Source of the DNA: Methanothrix sp.
GTDB taxonomy: Archaea; Halobacteriota; Methanosarcinia; Methanotrichales; Methanotrichaceae
DNA length: 64,000 nucleotides
Assembly: GCA_963682135.1 (NCBI GenBank)
Contig: OY821645.1
Location: 64,001-128,000 of the forward strand
Reading direction: 5' to 3'
A program made the position numbers and the translations under genes. The notes below the pieces were generated by a model. The model did not search any database and had not been told where the DNA came from. It saw nothing but the letters and a program-made list of their open reading frames with translations. The first letter of the stretch is position 1. The number at the start of each line of letters is the position of its first letter. This document shows positions 16,841-27,873 of the stretch, one piece after another.

Positions 16841-18488
16841 CCTGACCTCCCCATTTTTTAGGCACACATATGAATGGCATCCAGAATTTGACGCTGTTTC
16901 TTAGTGATCTCGGTCGTGATTCTTTCTCCATCCGGCAAGACCATGATCTTGATTTTTTCGAGTTCAGTGAACAATCCCTCAACCGAGTATCTTTTATTCA
17001 GCTCGGCATCGATCATCATTCGCATGAGCTTCATCCTCAAGATCAGAGCAAGGAATGAAATGAATAGGTAGCCCCTTAGACTACTGTTGGTCCTCAGGTT
17101 CGCGGGCATCAAATCGATGTCGTTCTTCAGAACATCGAATCCCTTTTCAACGATATCCTTGCTTCTATAAAGCGCAAGACATTCCACCCACGTGAACTCG
17201 CCTCGATAAAGCAAGATAAACTTTCCCATTTTATTAATAGCCTGGGAGACCGCATTTTTTCTAAGTGATACCTGAAACTTACCGTCTATTGCTTTCCATT
17301 CTATAAACTTGGCATCTCTTTTCGCAGTCGCCCTGAAAACTTCTCCAGGATTCATCCAGGGTTTCAGGTTCTTGGACTTGAGCACTTCCATCAAATCGTA
17401 GAGTCGCTTATAAAACGTATTTCTTTCCTGCTGCTCTCTTTTCTGATCGTAATATGCATATCCGTTCAGCTTGTTTTCACCAACATCGATCTCTACAGGC
17501 ATCACAAACAGCGGCTCTTTTTCATAGAGTTTTAGATGCTCTGGATCGTCAATGCTTTTGTGGATAGCAGATATCGCTTCTTTGACGTTCTTGAGATTAC
17601 TCGTTGGCGGAATAATGAACGACAGATCTGCAGATATCATCTCCTCGATATTGTCGGTTGAAAAGAAGCCTCTATCCATGATCAGAGTATAATTTCTGAC
17701 GCCCTGTGCATTCATTTTCTTGATAGTATTCTTAAGCGTAGATACATCTGCGATGCTTCCTGGGTAGAGATCATACATCAACGGTATGCCCAGATCTTTG
17801 TCCACGACTAGAGACAGATTGATTTGAGGCAGGTCGAGGCCATCTCGATTATAGCCGTATTCAAGGAGGCTGATGCTCTGAGAGTAAGACGAAAAGGAGG
17901 TTATATCGTAGACTAGCGTGCTGGCTGTGGATACTTGCTCAATGAGTTTGCGAGAGAATTCCAGATTCACAGTACCTTCACCGATACTGCTTAGCATTCG
18001 TGAAAGGCTCTGTGATGATAAGGGAAGATTCGGATGGTCTTCAGACATGACCGTACCTTCATACCAGCTCTGGATATGGGTTAGTGCTCGGGGGTGTGTG
18101 GCATAGTTCATTGCCAGTGTCAAAATCGGCCGGACTTCTTTACCAGGAAGAACATCAGAGAGGATCTTTTCTAGCTTAAGGTCCTCTGTGATCTTCTTGA
18201 GTGGAACGAATTCGCCATGCGATAGCACTTTCTTGGGGATTTGGTCTTTGGCGCGAACCTTCACGGGAACTCCATTGACATTCTTTCCCAAGTATTTGCT
18301 TTTCTGCCGAATTTGCTTCTTTTCCTTATCGTAATAAGGTGTAATTTCATATATGTATTCCAGGCCATTTATCTTTTTGGTTCGAATAAAAGATTTCATG
18401 TTGTATTTAGGCACAGCATACTATTTATAGTTTTTGGTCATCGATGGCGAAAATTGATCAGATATGCCTAAATTTCGGGGAGCTTAGG
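16841..18488 (-). mobile_element. IS1634-family insertion sequence, complete
   Basis: Imperfect terminal inverted repeats CCTGACCTCCCC / CCTAAGCTCCCC and a 6-bp target duplication TTTGAG (16835-16840 and 18489-18494). Confidence 0.88.
16858..18414 (-). CDS. IS1634-family DDE transposase
   Basis: YDITS, GYNRDG..LPQINL, MDRGF and YRSKDIVEKGFDVLK. Confidence 0.92.
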   Translation of the reverse strand: MPKYNMKSFIRTKKINGLEYIYEITPYYDKEKKQIRQKSKYLGKNVNGVPVKVRAKDQIPKKVLSHGEFVPLKKITEDLKLEKILSDVLPGKEVRPILTLAMNYATHPRALTHIQSWYEGTVMSEDHPNLPLSSQSLSRMLSSIGEGTVNLEFSRKLIEQVSTASTLVYDITSFSSYSQSISLLEYGYNRDGLDLPQINLSLVVDKDLGIPLMYDLYPGSIADVSTLKNTIKKMNAQGVRNYTLIMDRGFFSTDNIEEMISADLSFIIPPTSNLKNVKEAISAIHKSIDDPEHLKLYEKEPLFVMPVEIDVGENKLNGYAYYDQKREQQERNTFYKRLYDLMEVLKSKNLKPWMNPGEVFRATAKRDAKFIEWKAIDGKFQVSLRKNAVSQAINKMGKFILLYRGEFTWVECLALYRSKDIVEKGFDVLKNDIDLMPANLRTNSSLRGYLFISFLALILRMKLMRMMIDAELNKRYSVEGLFTELEKIKIMVLPDGERITTEITKKQRQILDAIHMCA

Positions 18489-18617
18489 TTTGAGAGGAGA
18501 TTAGAGAAGAAACGAATAATCCGGTCTCCTCTCGCCTTATAATTTTTTTGCTTCGAGGCAATGTTGCTTTACTATTTGGTATCGAGACCATCTAATCCTG
18601 GAAAACTGCATTTCCCT

Positions 18618-19310
18618 TTACTTTCTGACTATTATCTCCACCCCGCCCGCTCTCGCCAGGTACAGCTCGTCCAGATTGTCGAATATGCCGTGCTCCACCA
18701 CCCCCGGAATGGGGCTGATCTTCGCCGCTAAAGCCGCCGGGTCTTCGATCACGCCGAAGTCCACATCCATCACGAAGTTGCCGTTGTCAGTGATCACCGG
18801 CCCGTCCTTCCTCACGCCCTGTCGCAGCACCGGCTTTCCGCCCAGCTCCATAAGCTGCCGCTCGACAAGCCGCGAGGCAAAGGGCAAGACCTCCACCGGC
18901 ACCGGCCAGGTGAGCTTCTCTACATACTTGCTCTCGTCGGCTACTATTACGAACCGCTTCGCAGAGCACGCTACCACCTTCTCTCGCGTGTGTGCCGCTC
19001 CCCCGCCCTTAATGACAGAAAGGTTATGGTCCACCTGATCGGCTCCATCAATGGCCAGATCCAGCACAGGGTGCAAATTGAGCGTGGTGAGCTTAATCCC
19101 AGAGGCGATAGCCAGGTTCTCGGCCTGAAAGGAGGTGGGAATCCCCAGAAAATCCAAGCCCTCCTCTTTCACTCTCTCGCCCAGCCGCTTGATGGTCCAG
19201 GCAACTGTGGAGCCCGTGCCCAGTCCCACCACCATGCCGCTCTTTACGAGCTTTGCCGCCGCTTCACCAGCTGCTTTTTTGGCATCTGTGTTGGCAGAAA
19301 CATCTTTCAT
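18618..19310 (-). CDS. rpiA: Ribose-5-phosphate isomerase A
   Basis: GLGTGST, DGAD, IKGGGAA, TDNGN and GVVEHGIF. Confidence 0.96.
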   Translation of the reverse strand: MKDVSANTDAKKAAGEAAAKLVKSGMVVGLGTGSTVAWTIKRLGERVKEEGLDFLGIPTSFQAENLAIASGIKLTTLNLHPVLDLAIDGADQVDHNLSVIKGGGAAHTREKVVACSAKRFVIVADESKYVEKLTWPVPVEVLPFASRLVERQLMELGGKPVLRQGVRKDGPVITDNGNFVMDVDFGVIEDPAALAAKISPIPGVVEHGIFDNLDELYLARAGGVEIIVRK

Positions 19311-19328
19311 TGCATACCTCTGAAACCT

Positions 19329-20942
19329 TCAGCTCACGATCTCGCTCTTCACCGTGGTGAACACCGGCCCACGCAGGTCCATTTTGTGCTTGTAGCTGGT
19401 GATGTACCTCTCCAGCGCCGGATGAATTCTGATGTTGATATCACCAGGGCTTCTCACGATCCGGGCGCGCGTCTCCGATTCTTTTCCGGCCATGGTGGCC
19501 ACCTCGATCTCGTAAGCGGCAAGAGCTGCAAAAGCATCGATATACTTGATGCCCGTGGTCACACCCTCGTTAAAAGCCTCCTCCCAGCGTGAAGTGTGGG
19601 GAATGCCCATGATGTTCTGTTTATGCACCACGATCTCGTTTTGGGCCGCCGGACCGCATAGCTTGGTGTTCTCCTCCGGCTCGACCACGGATACCTTGAC
19701 ATTTCGTCCGAACAGCTCCCCCTCCCAGGCTGCAAACTCGCAGGGCGAGGGTGTCTCCCCGTACTCGGTTGAGACGGCCACCACAGCATCAGCAATGGCC
19801 TGACCGGATGGTGTCGTGGGCAGCTTCTCGACGGATATCATCTGTGCCATCTCGCGAGCGGAAAGCTGCCAATTGGTCTGAAACTGCGGATAGGATAGGG
19901 CCCGCATATCCTGGGAGTTATGCAAAATCATGGCCAGCCTCTCTACTCCCAGCCCCAGGTTCATGACCGAATAGGGAATGTCGTACTGCGAGAGAGCTGT
20001 GGGCGAGTAGATGCCGAAGGTGGCCACCTCTACCCATCCGCTCGTGTACTTCGTGGCCGAGCCGACCAGGCCAGGGTGATAGGCATAGACCTCGATCTGC
20101 GTTCCCGGCGTGTAGTACTTGCTTCTCTTGTCGTCCGGCCGGAACTGAAACTTCTCAAAGCCAAACTGGCTGAGCAGGCCGTCTGCAACAGCTTTTCCAT
20201 CCTCGACGCTTACCTCTTCACCCATGATGACGCAGCTTGCCGAATAGTAGCTCATCAGCCTGGCGGCATCCTCCGCCTGCTCGCGCCGGAAGCAGCGGTC
20301 CACAGAGAATAGCTTGAGAGGCAGCTTGCTGCGGTGATAAAGATTGGAGAGCGACAAAAACCACCCCGAGGTCATGTGGCTTCTCAGAGTGCGAGTGGTG
20401 GCCTCGGCCTTCAGCTCCCGAAACTCAGGGAATACCTTCTCCAGGACGACGGATATGAGAGCATCGTGCGCTCCCAGAGCTGCGGCGATTTCCTGTACGA
20501 GATCGTCGCCTTCCACCTTGCCCTTCTTGTAGCCATGCAAAATATGGCGCAGGGCCTCCGCCTCTTCCCCGGAAATCTCCCTGCCCAAAAGGGCGCTTAC
20601 CTGAGAGATCCTCTCATCAGACATGCCGATGTCCGGCCTCGGCAGGCCGGCCAGGTAAAAGCAGCGATCCAGTACAGCCAGAGCCTCCGAACCGAACTGG
20701 CGGTAAACATCCGATGCATCGACCATCACCGGGTTCATGGCCTCGCTGAAGCCCAGGCGAATGTAGGCCTCTCGAAGCTTCTGAACGGTATCGAATATGG
20801 GGTGCACTGTCCCGAAAGAATAGCTATTTCTGGGATATCTCTCGTTCAGGGAAGGCTTGCCGAGATACTCCCTCCCCTGCTGCCATGCCTTATCGAAATC
20901 CTCTTTGGCAGCCTCTTTAATAATGCTGGGATCAAACTTCAT
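19329..20942 (-). CDS. sepS: O-phosphoseryl-tRNA(Cys) synthetase
   Basis: QFGSEALAVLDRCFYLAGLPRP, TLRSHMTSGWF, DRCFRREQ and MNLGLGVERLAM. Confidence 0.96.
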   Translation of the reverse strand: MKFDPSIIKEAAKEDFDKAWQQGREYLGKPSLNERYPRNSYSFGTVHPIFDTVQKLREAYIRLGFSEAMNPVMVDASDVYRQFGSEALAVLDRCFYLAGLPRPDIGMSDERISQVSALLGREISGEEAEALRHILHGYKKGKVEGDDLVQEIAAALGAHDALISVVLEKVFPEFRELKAEATTRTLRSHMTSGWFLSLSNLYHRSKLPLKLFSVDRCFRREQAEDAARLMSYYSASCVIMGEEVSVEDGKAVADGLLSQFGFEKFQFRPDDKRSKYYTPGTQIEVYAYHPGLVGSATKYTSGWVEVATFGIYSPTALSQYDIPYSVMNLGLGVERLAMILHNSQDMRALSYPQFQTNWQLSAREMAQMISVEKLPTTPSGQAIADAVVAVSTEYGETPSPCEFAAWEGELFGRNVKVSVVEPEENTKLCGPAAQNEIVVHKQNIMGIPHTSRWEEAFNEGVTTGIKYIDAFAALAAYEIEVATMAGKESETRARIVRSPGDINIRIHPALERYITSYKHKMDLRGPVFTTVKSEIVS

Positions 20943-20987
20943 GCGTTCAAGCTCCTGAAAATTGGTCTTTTCTAATTCTATTACCCT

Positions 20988-21620
20988 CTATTTTTTGGAC
21001 TGCTCACGGTAGCTGCAGAGCGCTTCTTGCATCTTGGCCTGCTCCAGAGCATTTGTGAGGTCTCCGCGCGTCCTTTCCAGCATGCTCCTGGCGAGGTCGC
21101 TCTTGCGGCGCAGGCCGCGGGTTATGGCATCCGGATAATCGAAGAGCATGAGCAGGTGATAAATCTCCTCGATGATGTTCAGGAAATACTCGCCTTCCGC
21201 GGCTCTTCCGGCACGAATGAGATCCAGAATATGGCGACGCAGCTCTCCGGTGACATCTCCCAGGCCTGCCAGATAGTTGACGGCATCGACTCCCACCTCG
21301 TCGGGAGTCAGGATCTGGCGGCGTGTGGTTATGGAATAGACACACCTGGCTTCCGCATATTCCTGCTCGGCTCCATCCACAAATCCGGCGTAGCGTACAT
21401 CCTGGTGATCCAACAACACCTCTCGGATTCGCTCCAGGCCGATGGCAGCTTCCTCGATGTGCTTTTCTGCCAGGGCCAGGTCATTCCTGTGCACAGACCG
21501 GATGGAGGAAGAGCAGAGACGAATAACCTTGCGGGAGAGACGGTAGGCCTCTTCCCGGGCACGGTCTTTGCAGTCAAAACCGTCCAGCATGCTTTGGGAT
21601 AAATTATCGAAGATTGACAT
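20988..21620 (-). CDS. Translin/TRAX family protein
   Basis: QEYAEA, YLAGLGDVTGELRR and LRRKSD. Confidence 0.88.
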   Translation of the reverse strand: MSIFDNLSQSMLDGFDCKDRAREEAYRLSRKVIRLCSSSIRSVHRNDLALAEKHIEEAAIGLERIREVLLDHQDVRYAGFVDGAEQEYAEARCVYSITTRRQILTPDEVGVDAVNYLAGLGDVTGELRRHILDLIRAGRAAEGEYFLNIIEEIYHLLMLFDYPDAITRGLRRKSDLARSMLERTRGDLTNALEQAKMQEALCSYREQSKK

Positions 21621-21628
21621 GTGTGTCT

Positions 21629-22399
21629 CTAGTCGAGGTTCATCATCTTCTTCAAGCGATTTACGGATCTTTGTCCCTCCTCTAAAGAGCGGGACTCTGT
21701 GACAATGCGGCCTTTATAATCCTTTAAGGCCGCAGTAACTTTCTTCCAGGGTACGGTGCCGTTTCCTACCGGCAGGTGCTCGTCTCTCTCTCCGTGATTG
21801 TCATGCACATGAGTATGAATCATCTTGTCCATAAGTGGCAAGAAGTTCTCTACATTCCCATTGGTATTGGCATGGCCCACATCAAAGATTAAGCCCACAT
21901 TCTCACGGTCTACCGTCTCTATTATCCCCATAATCTCTTCCGGCCGGCGGCCCAATATAGCGGGCATGTTCACCATGTTCTCCACGGCAATTCTCATGTC
22001 CAAATTCAGGGCATGATCGCAGATCTGCTGGATGCCCAGGATGCTCTGCGACCAGGCGGCATCGGGCATATGTGCTCCCAGCGGCGAGAAATGACCGGGA
22101 TGGAGCACGGCCAGGCGGGCAAAATCGCTGGCAAGATCCAGGCACTCTTTCATCTGCCGCACCGTCTCCTCCCAGATGGGCTGGTTCACAGAGGCCAGAT
22201 TCAGGTCGGAGTAGGGCAGATGAATGGTAATAATAAGGTCCGAGGTCTCAACGATCTGTTTTGCTTCTGCCAGGTTTTCACGCGTTAGCTTCTGCTTTCC
22301 TTCGTTTACGATCTCCCAGCCGCTGTAGCCCAGATCTTTCAATTGATAGGCCCAGTCAAAGGGCCTGTCCACCAGTTTACTGGAGGAGAAGCTAAACAT
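21629..22399 (-). CDS. Sugar phosphate isomerase/epimerase (xylose-isomerase-like TIM barrel)
   Basis: HLPYSDLNLAS, HPG, VENM, FDVGHA and HVHDNHGERDEHLPVG. Confidence 0.88.
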   Translation of the reverse strand: MFSFSSSKLVDRPFDWAYQLKDLGYSGWEIVNEGKQKLTRENLAEAKQIVETSDLIITIHLPYSDLNLASVNQPIWEETVRQMKECLDLASDFARLAVLHPGHFSPLGAHMPDAAWSQSILGIQQICDHALNLDMRIAVENMVNMPAILGRRPEEIMGIIETVDRENVGLIFDVGHANTNGNVENFLPLMDKMIHTHVHDNHGERDEHLPVGNGTVPWKKVTAALKDYKGRIVTESRSLEEGQRSVNRLKKMMNLD

Positions 22400-22835
22400 C
22401 TGCTCCTTCCTGCATAGCTTCTACGATCTCGCTCAGTTCAACCTCTCGGACCGGTATGCCATTCTCGGTCTCAGGCGCCAGCCAATTGATAACGCTCTCG
22501 CCTCCCGTAATCTGCACATGCAATGATCCCAAGGCCTCCTCTTCCGGAGGAAAGCTCACAACTCCCATCAATGCAGCTTGCTTGCTAAGCTGGAATGTTG
22601 TGGCACTGCCCACCAGTCCGCGCAGCAATACCTTTCGGGCGGTGTCCAGAATCTTTTGCCTTCTCAATAGCTCATGCAACGTCTTCAGGCTATCCGGGCC
22701 GTTGTAGGCCTCAATCTTGTCGGCGCGAATGTCCATGATCAGACCGGGAAAGAGGTTCTCAATGGCTGATACAACCTTTTCCACCCGTTCTGTAGACCGA
22801 ACCGATGAGCAAATAGTAACCTCTATCGTTCTCAT
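22392..22835 (-). CDS. UPF0201/DUF54 RNA-binding domain protein
   Basis: TERVEKVVSAIENLFP, LRRQKILDTAR, LSKQAA and WLAPETENG. Confidence 0.85.
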   Translation of the reverse strand: MRTIEVTICSSVRSTERVEKVVSAIENLFPGLIMDIRADKIEAYNGPDSLKTLHELLRRQKILDTARKVLLRGLVGSATTFQLSKQAALMGVVSFPPEEEALGSLHVQITGGESVINWLAPETENGIPVREVELSEIVEAMQEGADV

Positions 22836-22840
22836 CGCCC

Positions 22841-24082
22841 CTAGATATGGCTGGTCTTGTATCTGAGGATAGCAGCAATCCCGCCAAAGGCCTTGTAAAG
22901 CTGTTCTCCCTCTTCAAACTCCGTGGAGATGATCTTGACCTCTGTTTTACTCTGATCAGCCAGTTTTGATAATTCAGAGACAATATCTTCTTCTTCGGTC
23001 ATGGCGAGAGCTGCTCCACACTTTAAGCAGTTACCTAAAGGCGCAGCTACTGTGCTGCGAGTCTGATACTCAGAAAAGTCGCAACTTCTGCTGGTGCATT
23101 CGATCTTAGCTCGCGTCTTTCTCAGATCCTCAGAGAGAAGAAGAATCTCCACTGCCCCTAGCTCCAGGTTATGGCGGACCTCATCTTCACCGTAAGATGC
23201 CAGGCCTTTATCGGAAACCAGCTCCTTCATGAAGCGGCGCATGAGCATTTTGTCTTGAGTTACCTCCAAATCGGAGAGTTGCTCTTGAGCGGCATCCACC
23301 AGCTCGAACAATCCTGATTCGTCGGTATAAGATACATCCAGGGCACCCAGAATCTTCTTTTGCAGTTCATGATGCAAAAAGCCTCCCTCCACAAACTCCT
23401 CTTTGGTAGGGGATGGTCCACCAACCAGGATGCCCTGCAGATCCTTGGCATCGATGGCTAGGAATGCTTCGTTAGCCGATTCACCCACCCGTTTGTAAAA
23501 TTCATGAATGGCGATGAGACGCAGTTGCTGGAACCTGTGGCTGGACTGGCCGCCTTTTCTCTGTTTGCCAGGCACGGTGGAGGTTAGGTGCTTTATCGGT
23601 TCTGTGTACTTGCCTTTCAGAACGCCGATGGTCGCCTCTCGACGGTCCAGTACGATGAGACCGAAGGTTTTCTTATCGGCCAGCATCTCTTCCAGCGGCT
23701 CCAGGAGAAATGAAGAATTGCAGTGGTATCGATAAGTGACGATGGGATCGGGTGGCTCCAAAGCCACGCTGTACATCTCCGTCTTATTGGCTCCGGCATC
23801 CACGCTGCCAATGAATATGACTACCCCGTTGGCAGGTGGCTTGGGAATGAGCTTGAGCCGAGACATGGCCGACTCAAGTGAACCCTGCACGGAAAGTCTG
23901 GTGACGCGAGATTTTATGTTGGCTGCCTGGCCGTACTCCTCACGTAGCTGGCTTGTGACATCATGAATCTGCTTATCGGGGGGGATATAGAGAGAAATCA
24001 GCTCCGTCCCTCGACCCGTCTTGCTTCTCAGGCCATCGAGAAGACGCTTAAATTCGTATTTTTCCTGTGCAGTGAACTCCAT
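22841..24082 (-). CDS. prf1: Peptide chain release factor aRF1
   Basis: GRGTELISLYIP, NIKS, YHC and GGQS. Start placed at MEFTAQEKY (24082). Confidence 0.96.
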   Translation of the reverse strand: MEFTAQEKYEFKRLLDGLRSKTGRGTELISLYIPPDKQIHDVTSQLREEYGQAANIKSRVTRLSVQGSLESAMSRLKLIPKPPANGVVIFIGSVDAGANKTEMYSVALEPPDPIVTYRYHCNSSFLLEPLEEMLADKKTFGLIVLDRREATIGVLKGKYTEPIKHLTSTVPGKQRKGGQSSHRFQQLRLIAIHEFYKRVGESANEAFLAIDAKDLQGILVGGPSPTKEEFVEGGFLHHELQKKILGALDVSYTDESGLFELVDAAQEQLSDLEVTQDKMLMRRFMKELVSDKGLASYGEDEVRHNLELGAVEILLLSEDLRKTRAKIECTSRSCDFSEYQTRSTVAAPLGNCLKCGAALAMTEEEDIVSELSKLADQSKTEVKIISTEFEEGEQLYKAFGGIAAILRYKTSHI

Positions 24083-24193
24083 CGGGAATCTCCCAAAAAC
24101 ACTCACGGCCAAGATATAAAAGGCTTCTTCAAGACAGGAATTATAAAAAGAAGCCTTAAGTAAGCGGTCACCCTCATTAGATGCCGTGATAAT

Positions 24194-25006
24194 ATGGATT
24201 ACCTATCAAGTGGATTCTCAGATATCGATCATTCAAGTGATTCCTCTTTTTTCACATCCTGCCTGGCTACCCTGAACTCGCTGCCCTACTTCCAGGAATA
24301 CAAGAGAAAAAGCTTCGATCTTATGAATGCCCAAGAGGGTTCCAGGGTCTTGGAAGTGGGCTGCGGCCTGGGCTTTGATGCCATTGCCCTGGCCAGGATC
24401 GTGGGAAGCACCGGACGGGTAGTGGCGGTGGACTGCAGCCAGACTATGCTGGAGGCGGCCTGGTCTTGTGCTGAGGACCTCGGCCTTTGCATAGATTTCA
24501 CGCTTGCAGATGCCGGCCATTTGGACTATGATGATGGATCATTCGACTGCGCCAGAGTGGACCGAACTCTTCAACATATACCCGAGCCGAAGAAGGTTCT
24601 AGCAGAGATGGCCAGGGTCACGAAGAGCGGCGGGCGTATCGTGGCCTATGAACCTGACTGGGGTACTTTCACCATAGGGTCTGTGGACCGACAGGTTACT
24701 CGCAAGATAACCGACTTCTGGTGCGACACATTCAAGAGCGGCTGGATGGGGCGTTACCTCTACGGGCATTTCATGGCGATGGGACTGGAGGGGGTTCAGG
24801 TTTACCCAAGCACCCTGGTGATCACTGATCTTGACCTTGCCGAAAAGGTCTTCGATCTCTTCAAAAACGCAGAGAAAGCTATGAATTTAGGCCTGGTATC
24901 AAGCTCTGAAGTTGCTGTCTGGTTAAAGGGACTCAGGGAGGATAACCTCAAAGGCAGGTTCTTCTGCTCCTATACCGGCTTTCTGGCCTATGGCAGGAAG
25001 CGATAA
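24194..25006 (+). CDS. Class I SAM-dependent methyltransferase
   Basis: VLEVGCGLG, DRTLQH and EPDW. Confidence 0.88.
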   Translation: MDYLSSGFSDIDHSSDSSFFTSCLATLNSLPYFQEYKRKSFDLMNAQEGSRVLEVGCGLGFDAIALARIVGSTGRVVAVDCSQTMLEAAWSCAEDLGLCIDFTLADAGHLDYDDGSFDCARVDRTLQHIPEPKKVLAEMARVTKSGGRIVAYEPDWGTFTIGSVDRQVTRKITDFWCDTFKSGWMGRYLYGHFMAMGLEGVQVYPSTLVITDLDLAEKVFDLFKNAEKAMNLGLVSSSEVAVWLKGLREDNLKGRFFCSYTGFLAYGRKR

Positions 25007-25542
25007 ATTGAAGCTATGGGGCCTGGCCAGCCATCAAGCCCCTCGCTCCGACCAAAATTGCCTTCCTCCTCTTAATGGCTGACGTTCCGGAAAGTGTGAA
25101 GGTGCAGTCAGGCTATAAGCTTTTCTTTTGAATTAATATAAAGATAAGAAGGAGGGAGGCAAAAGTCAATTGGGTGTAGGAGGGAGAAAATAGTCTATCG
25201 ACCTTTGCCAATACACTATACGTCAATCGTCGAATAAATAGTTTTCGGTCCCTTCTGGAAAAGATCACTTTCAGAACTACCTCTTCGGGCCGCACGCCCT
25301 CACGCCCGGTTAAAAGGAATCCAGAAATCGTGGAGTCGTCGTTGTTCAGATCCACTTGATCTGCATGAATCGAACTCTGTTTTCGCGTTTCCCTGAGATC
25401 CCCTATTTCAAGCAGAAGTATAAGATGTTAATAATTGGGTAAAAATTTGGGGCAGTCATCACCACATTATGAACGAGATTAGCATTAGGTCTCCCAACAC
25501 CTTTATTAATCAAGTTACCATTTCCAGAAAGAGGCTTGAATT

Positions 25543-26286
25543 ATGGAATTCCTTGACATTATGAGCATCTCACACCGCTATATGGAGATACTAAATCCTT
25601 CCACGCCTGAAAAGATCATCAAACTTGGCAAATTACTCAATTTGAAAAAAGGAAAACGGGTCATTGACTTCGGTTGTGGTTGTGCCGGCCCCCTTACTCT
25701 CTGGGCGGAGGAATTCGGTATTACAGGTATTGGAATAGATATATCCGAGGATTTCTGCGACAGAGCTAGGCAAAAACTGGCTTCGAAAGGTTTATCGGAC
25801 CGAATCGAAATCGTTTGCTCCAATGGGGCGGATTACATATTCGAAGAAGGGGTTTTCGATGCCGCAACGTGTATTGGGTCAACGTTTATCTTTGGCGGCT
25901 TCCCGCAGACACTCCAAGTACTGAAGCGAGCTATTCATCAGAATGGACGCCTTGGCATCGGTGAAACCCACTGGCTTAGCAATCAGGTACATCCGGTATA
26001 CGCCCAAAAACAGACAACTACCCATACGGAAACGCAACTAACACAATTTATCCGGGATGACGGCTTTGAACTCGAATACATCATTCGTGCCAGCTACGAC
26101 GACTGGGACAGGTACATTTCCGATGGTTGGTATGGACTGATACGTTGGCTCGAAGAAAATCCCACCCACACTGACTATGAACAGGTATTCAAGCATTTGC
26201 GTACTGACCAGGATGATTATTTACAGTTCCAACGCCAATATATGGGTTGGGCCATGTATTGCCTCGCTCCCATGAAATCTCGTTGA
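25543..26286 (+). CDS. Class I SAM-dependent methyltransferase (YjhP-like)
   Basis: ILNP, VIDFGCGCAG, GIDIS, CIGSTFI and DDWDRY. Confidence 0.88.
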   Translation: MEFLDIMSISHRYMEILNPSTPEKIIKLGKLLNLKKGKRVIDFGCGCAGPLTLWAEEFGITGIGIDISEDFCDRARQKLASKGLSDRIEIVCSNGADYIFEEGVFDAATCIGSTFIFGGFPQTLQVLKRAIHQNGRLGIGETHWLSNQVHPVYAQKQTTTHTETQLTQFIRDDGFELEYIIRASYDDWDRYISDGWYGLIRWLEENPTHTDYEQVFKHLRTDQDDYLQFQRQYMGWAMYCLAPMKSR

Positions 26287-26458
26287 AATGCAGTCATTTA
26301 CGAAAATATTTTTTATTGACACTGCCTAAACACACTTGTATATGCTACCACCCTAGAGCAGACTGTTTTTATATAATAATTTTCCGAATAAATACTCAAA
26401 AAATAAGTTATCATGTCTCAGGACGGGTTTGCAGCGCATGCAAAATGCCTCTTCAGGC

Positions 26459-26866
26459 TTATGCGGTAATCTTGGTCCTGGCGATGTACTTGATCAGCTC
26501 CGGGCCGATCCTGGCTTTTCTCTGAATTTGATCGGCTACCTCGTCAGCAGATGCACCGCTGGCTGCCAGGGTGTGAATCTCCGCGAGTGTGGCATCGTCC
26601 ACGGTGAAATACTCATCCAGGTCCTTTCTGTGGCCCCATACGTCGCCTTCCAGCATATCAATGCCCTGCATCTCCAGGAAGACCTGAATGGCATTGGACA
26701 TGGTCTTGCGGTAGGATGGCGGAACCTGAATCATTCTCAGCCTGGGGCATCTCTGCATCAGATTAAGGAAATCTACATTACTGGCCCGAAAAGCCAGATG
26801 AACTGTCTTCTCATTGGGATTCAAATTGGGGATCTCATTTCTGGCGCTGATTACTCTTAGTCTCAT
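26459..26866 (-). CDS. DUF1699 family protein
   Basis: MRLRVISARNEI..LNPNEK.VHLAFRASN and EGDVWGHRKDLDEY. Confidence 0.9.
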   Translation of the reverse strand: MRLRVISARNEIPNLNPNEKTVHLAFRASNVDFLNLMQRCPRLRMIQVPPSYRKTMSNAIQVFLEMQGIDMLEGDVWGHRKDLDEYFTVDDATLAEIHTLAASGASADEVADQIQRKARIGPELIKYIARTKITA

Positions 26867-26939
26867 TTTATCACTCCAGACCATAAAAGGCATTCATAAT
26901 ATTAATAGACACTTTCGCTGTACACATCAGACGCGATTC

Positions 26940-27857
26940 TCAGAGCCCGGTTCCCAGAGACAGGCCGGTTCGCAGCAGCACATCGAGGATGATGGCTGCA
27001 AAGAGCACAGCGCGGTAGTTGGCCGACTGGTAGAACAGCTCTTCACCCCTCTTTGCCGTGGGATGGCGCACGAAGTCCAGGTTTTGCAGCAACAGCCAGC
27101 CGCCTGCGGCTGCGGCTGCAGCCAGGTAGAGCCATCCGAGATCAGCAGAAAGTCCCAGAGCCAGGGAGAGAATTATGCCCACGACCCAAAAGCCGGCCAC
27201 CATCTTTGCCGTGGCTGCAATGCCGTAGGTGGCAGGGGTGGTGGGAATGCCTTTCTCTTTATCGCCGGCCACATCCCGTGAGGCATCGCAGTTGGTGAAG
27301 CCCCAATCGGTAATGACGATCATGGCCGCCAGGACTAGAGCTGCCGGATGCAGGCCAGGGCCCGCTTTGAGCAGTCCGGCCGGCTCCAGTGCCAGCCAGA
27401 CGCCCAGGGGCACCAGGCCGAAGGAGAGTCCCACAAAAATCCAGGAGAAAGGCGTATTTCTCTTGGCCCAGGCTGAATAGATGGTGATGAGCAGTGTGGC
27501 GACCAGAAGGATGACGAAGCTCTCCGGATTGAGATACAGGGCTATGGCCGCAGCCACAAGAAAAAGAAATAGAGACCAGAGCTGTGCCTCACGCTTGCTC
27601 AGCATGGCAGAGGGCAGGGGCCGATCAGGCATGGCGATGCTGTCCACATCGATGTCGCAGCAGTCGTTATAGACATAGGAGCTGGTGATGGCGCAGTAAG
27701 CTCCAATGGAGGCTATGATGAATGGAAGCATTGGCGGCAGAGCCCCCTGCACGGCGTAAACGGCTAATAGGGCAGCGGCGGCGGGCATGGCCAGATCCAT
27801 TGGCGCGAGGGGAGGGCGCAAGAGCCTGATATGGGCCTTAAGTCGATTCATTGGCAA
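26940..27857 (-). CDS. UbiA family prenyltransferase
   Basis: NDCCDIDVD..PDRPLPS, D.AGDKEKGIPT and multiple TM segments. Confidence 0.9.
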   Translation of the reverse strand: MPMNRLKAHIRLLRPPLAPMDLAMPAAAALLAVYAVQGALPPMLPFIIASIGAYCAITSSYVYNDCCDIDVDSIAMPDRPLPSAMLSKREAQLWSLFLFLVAAAIALYLNPESFVILLVATLLITIYSAWAKRNTPFSWIFVGLSFGLVPLGVWLALEPAGLLKAGPGLHPAALVLAAMIVITDWGFTNCDASRDVAGDKEKGIPTTPATYGIAATAKMVAGFWVVGIILSLALGLSADLGWLYLAAAAAAGGWLLLQNLDFVRHPTAKRGEELFYQSANYRAVLFAAIILDVLLRTGLSLGTGL

Positions 27858-27873
27858 AAGCTCCCGAAACCAT

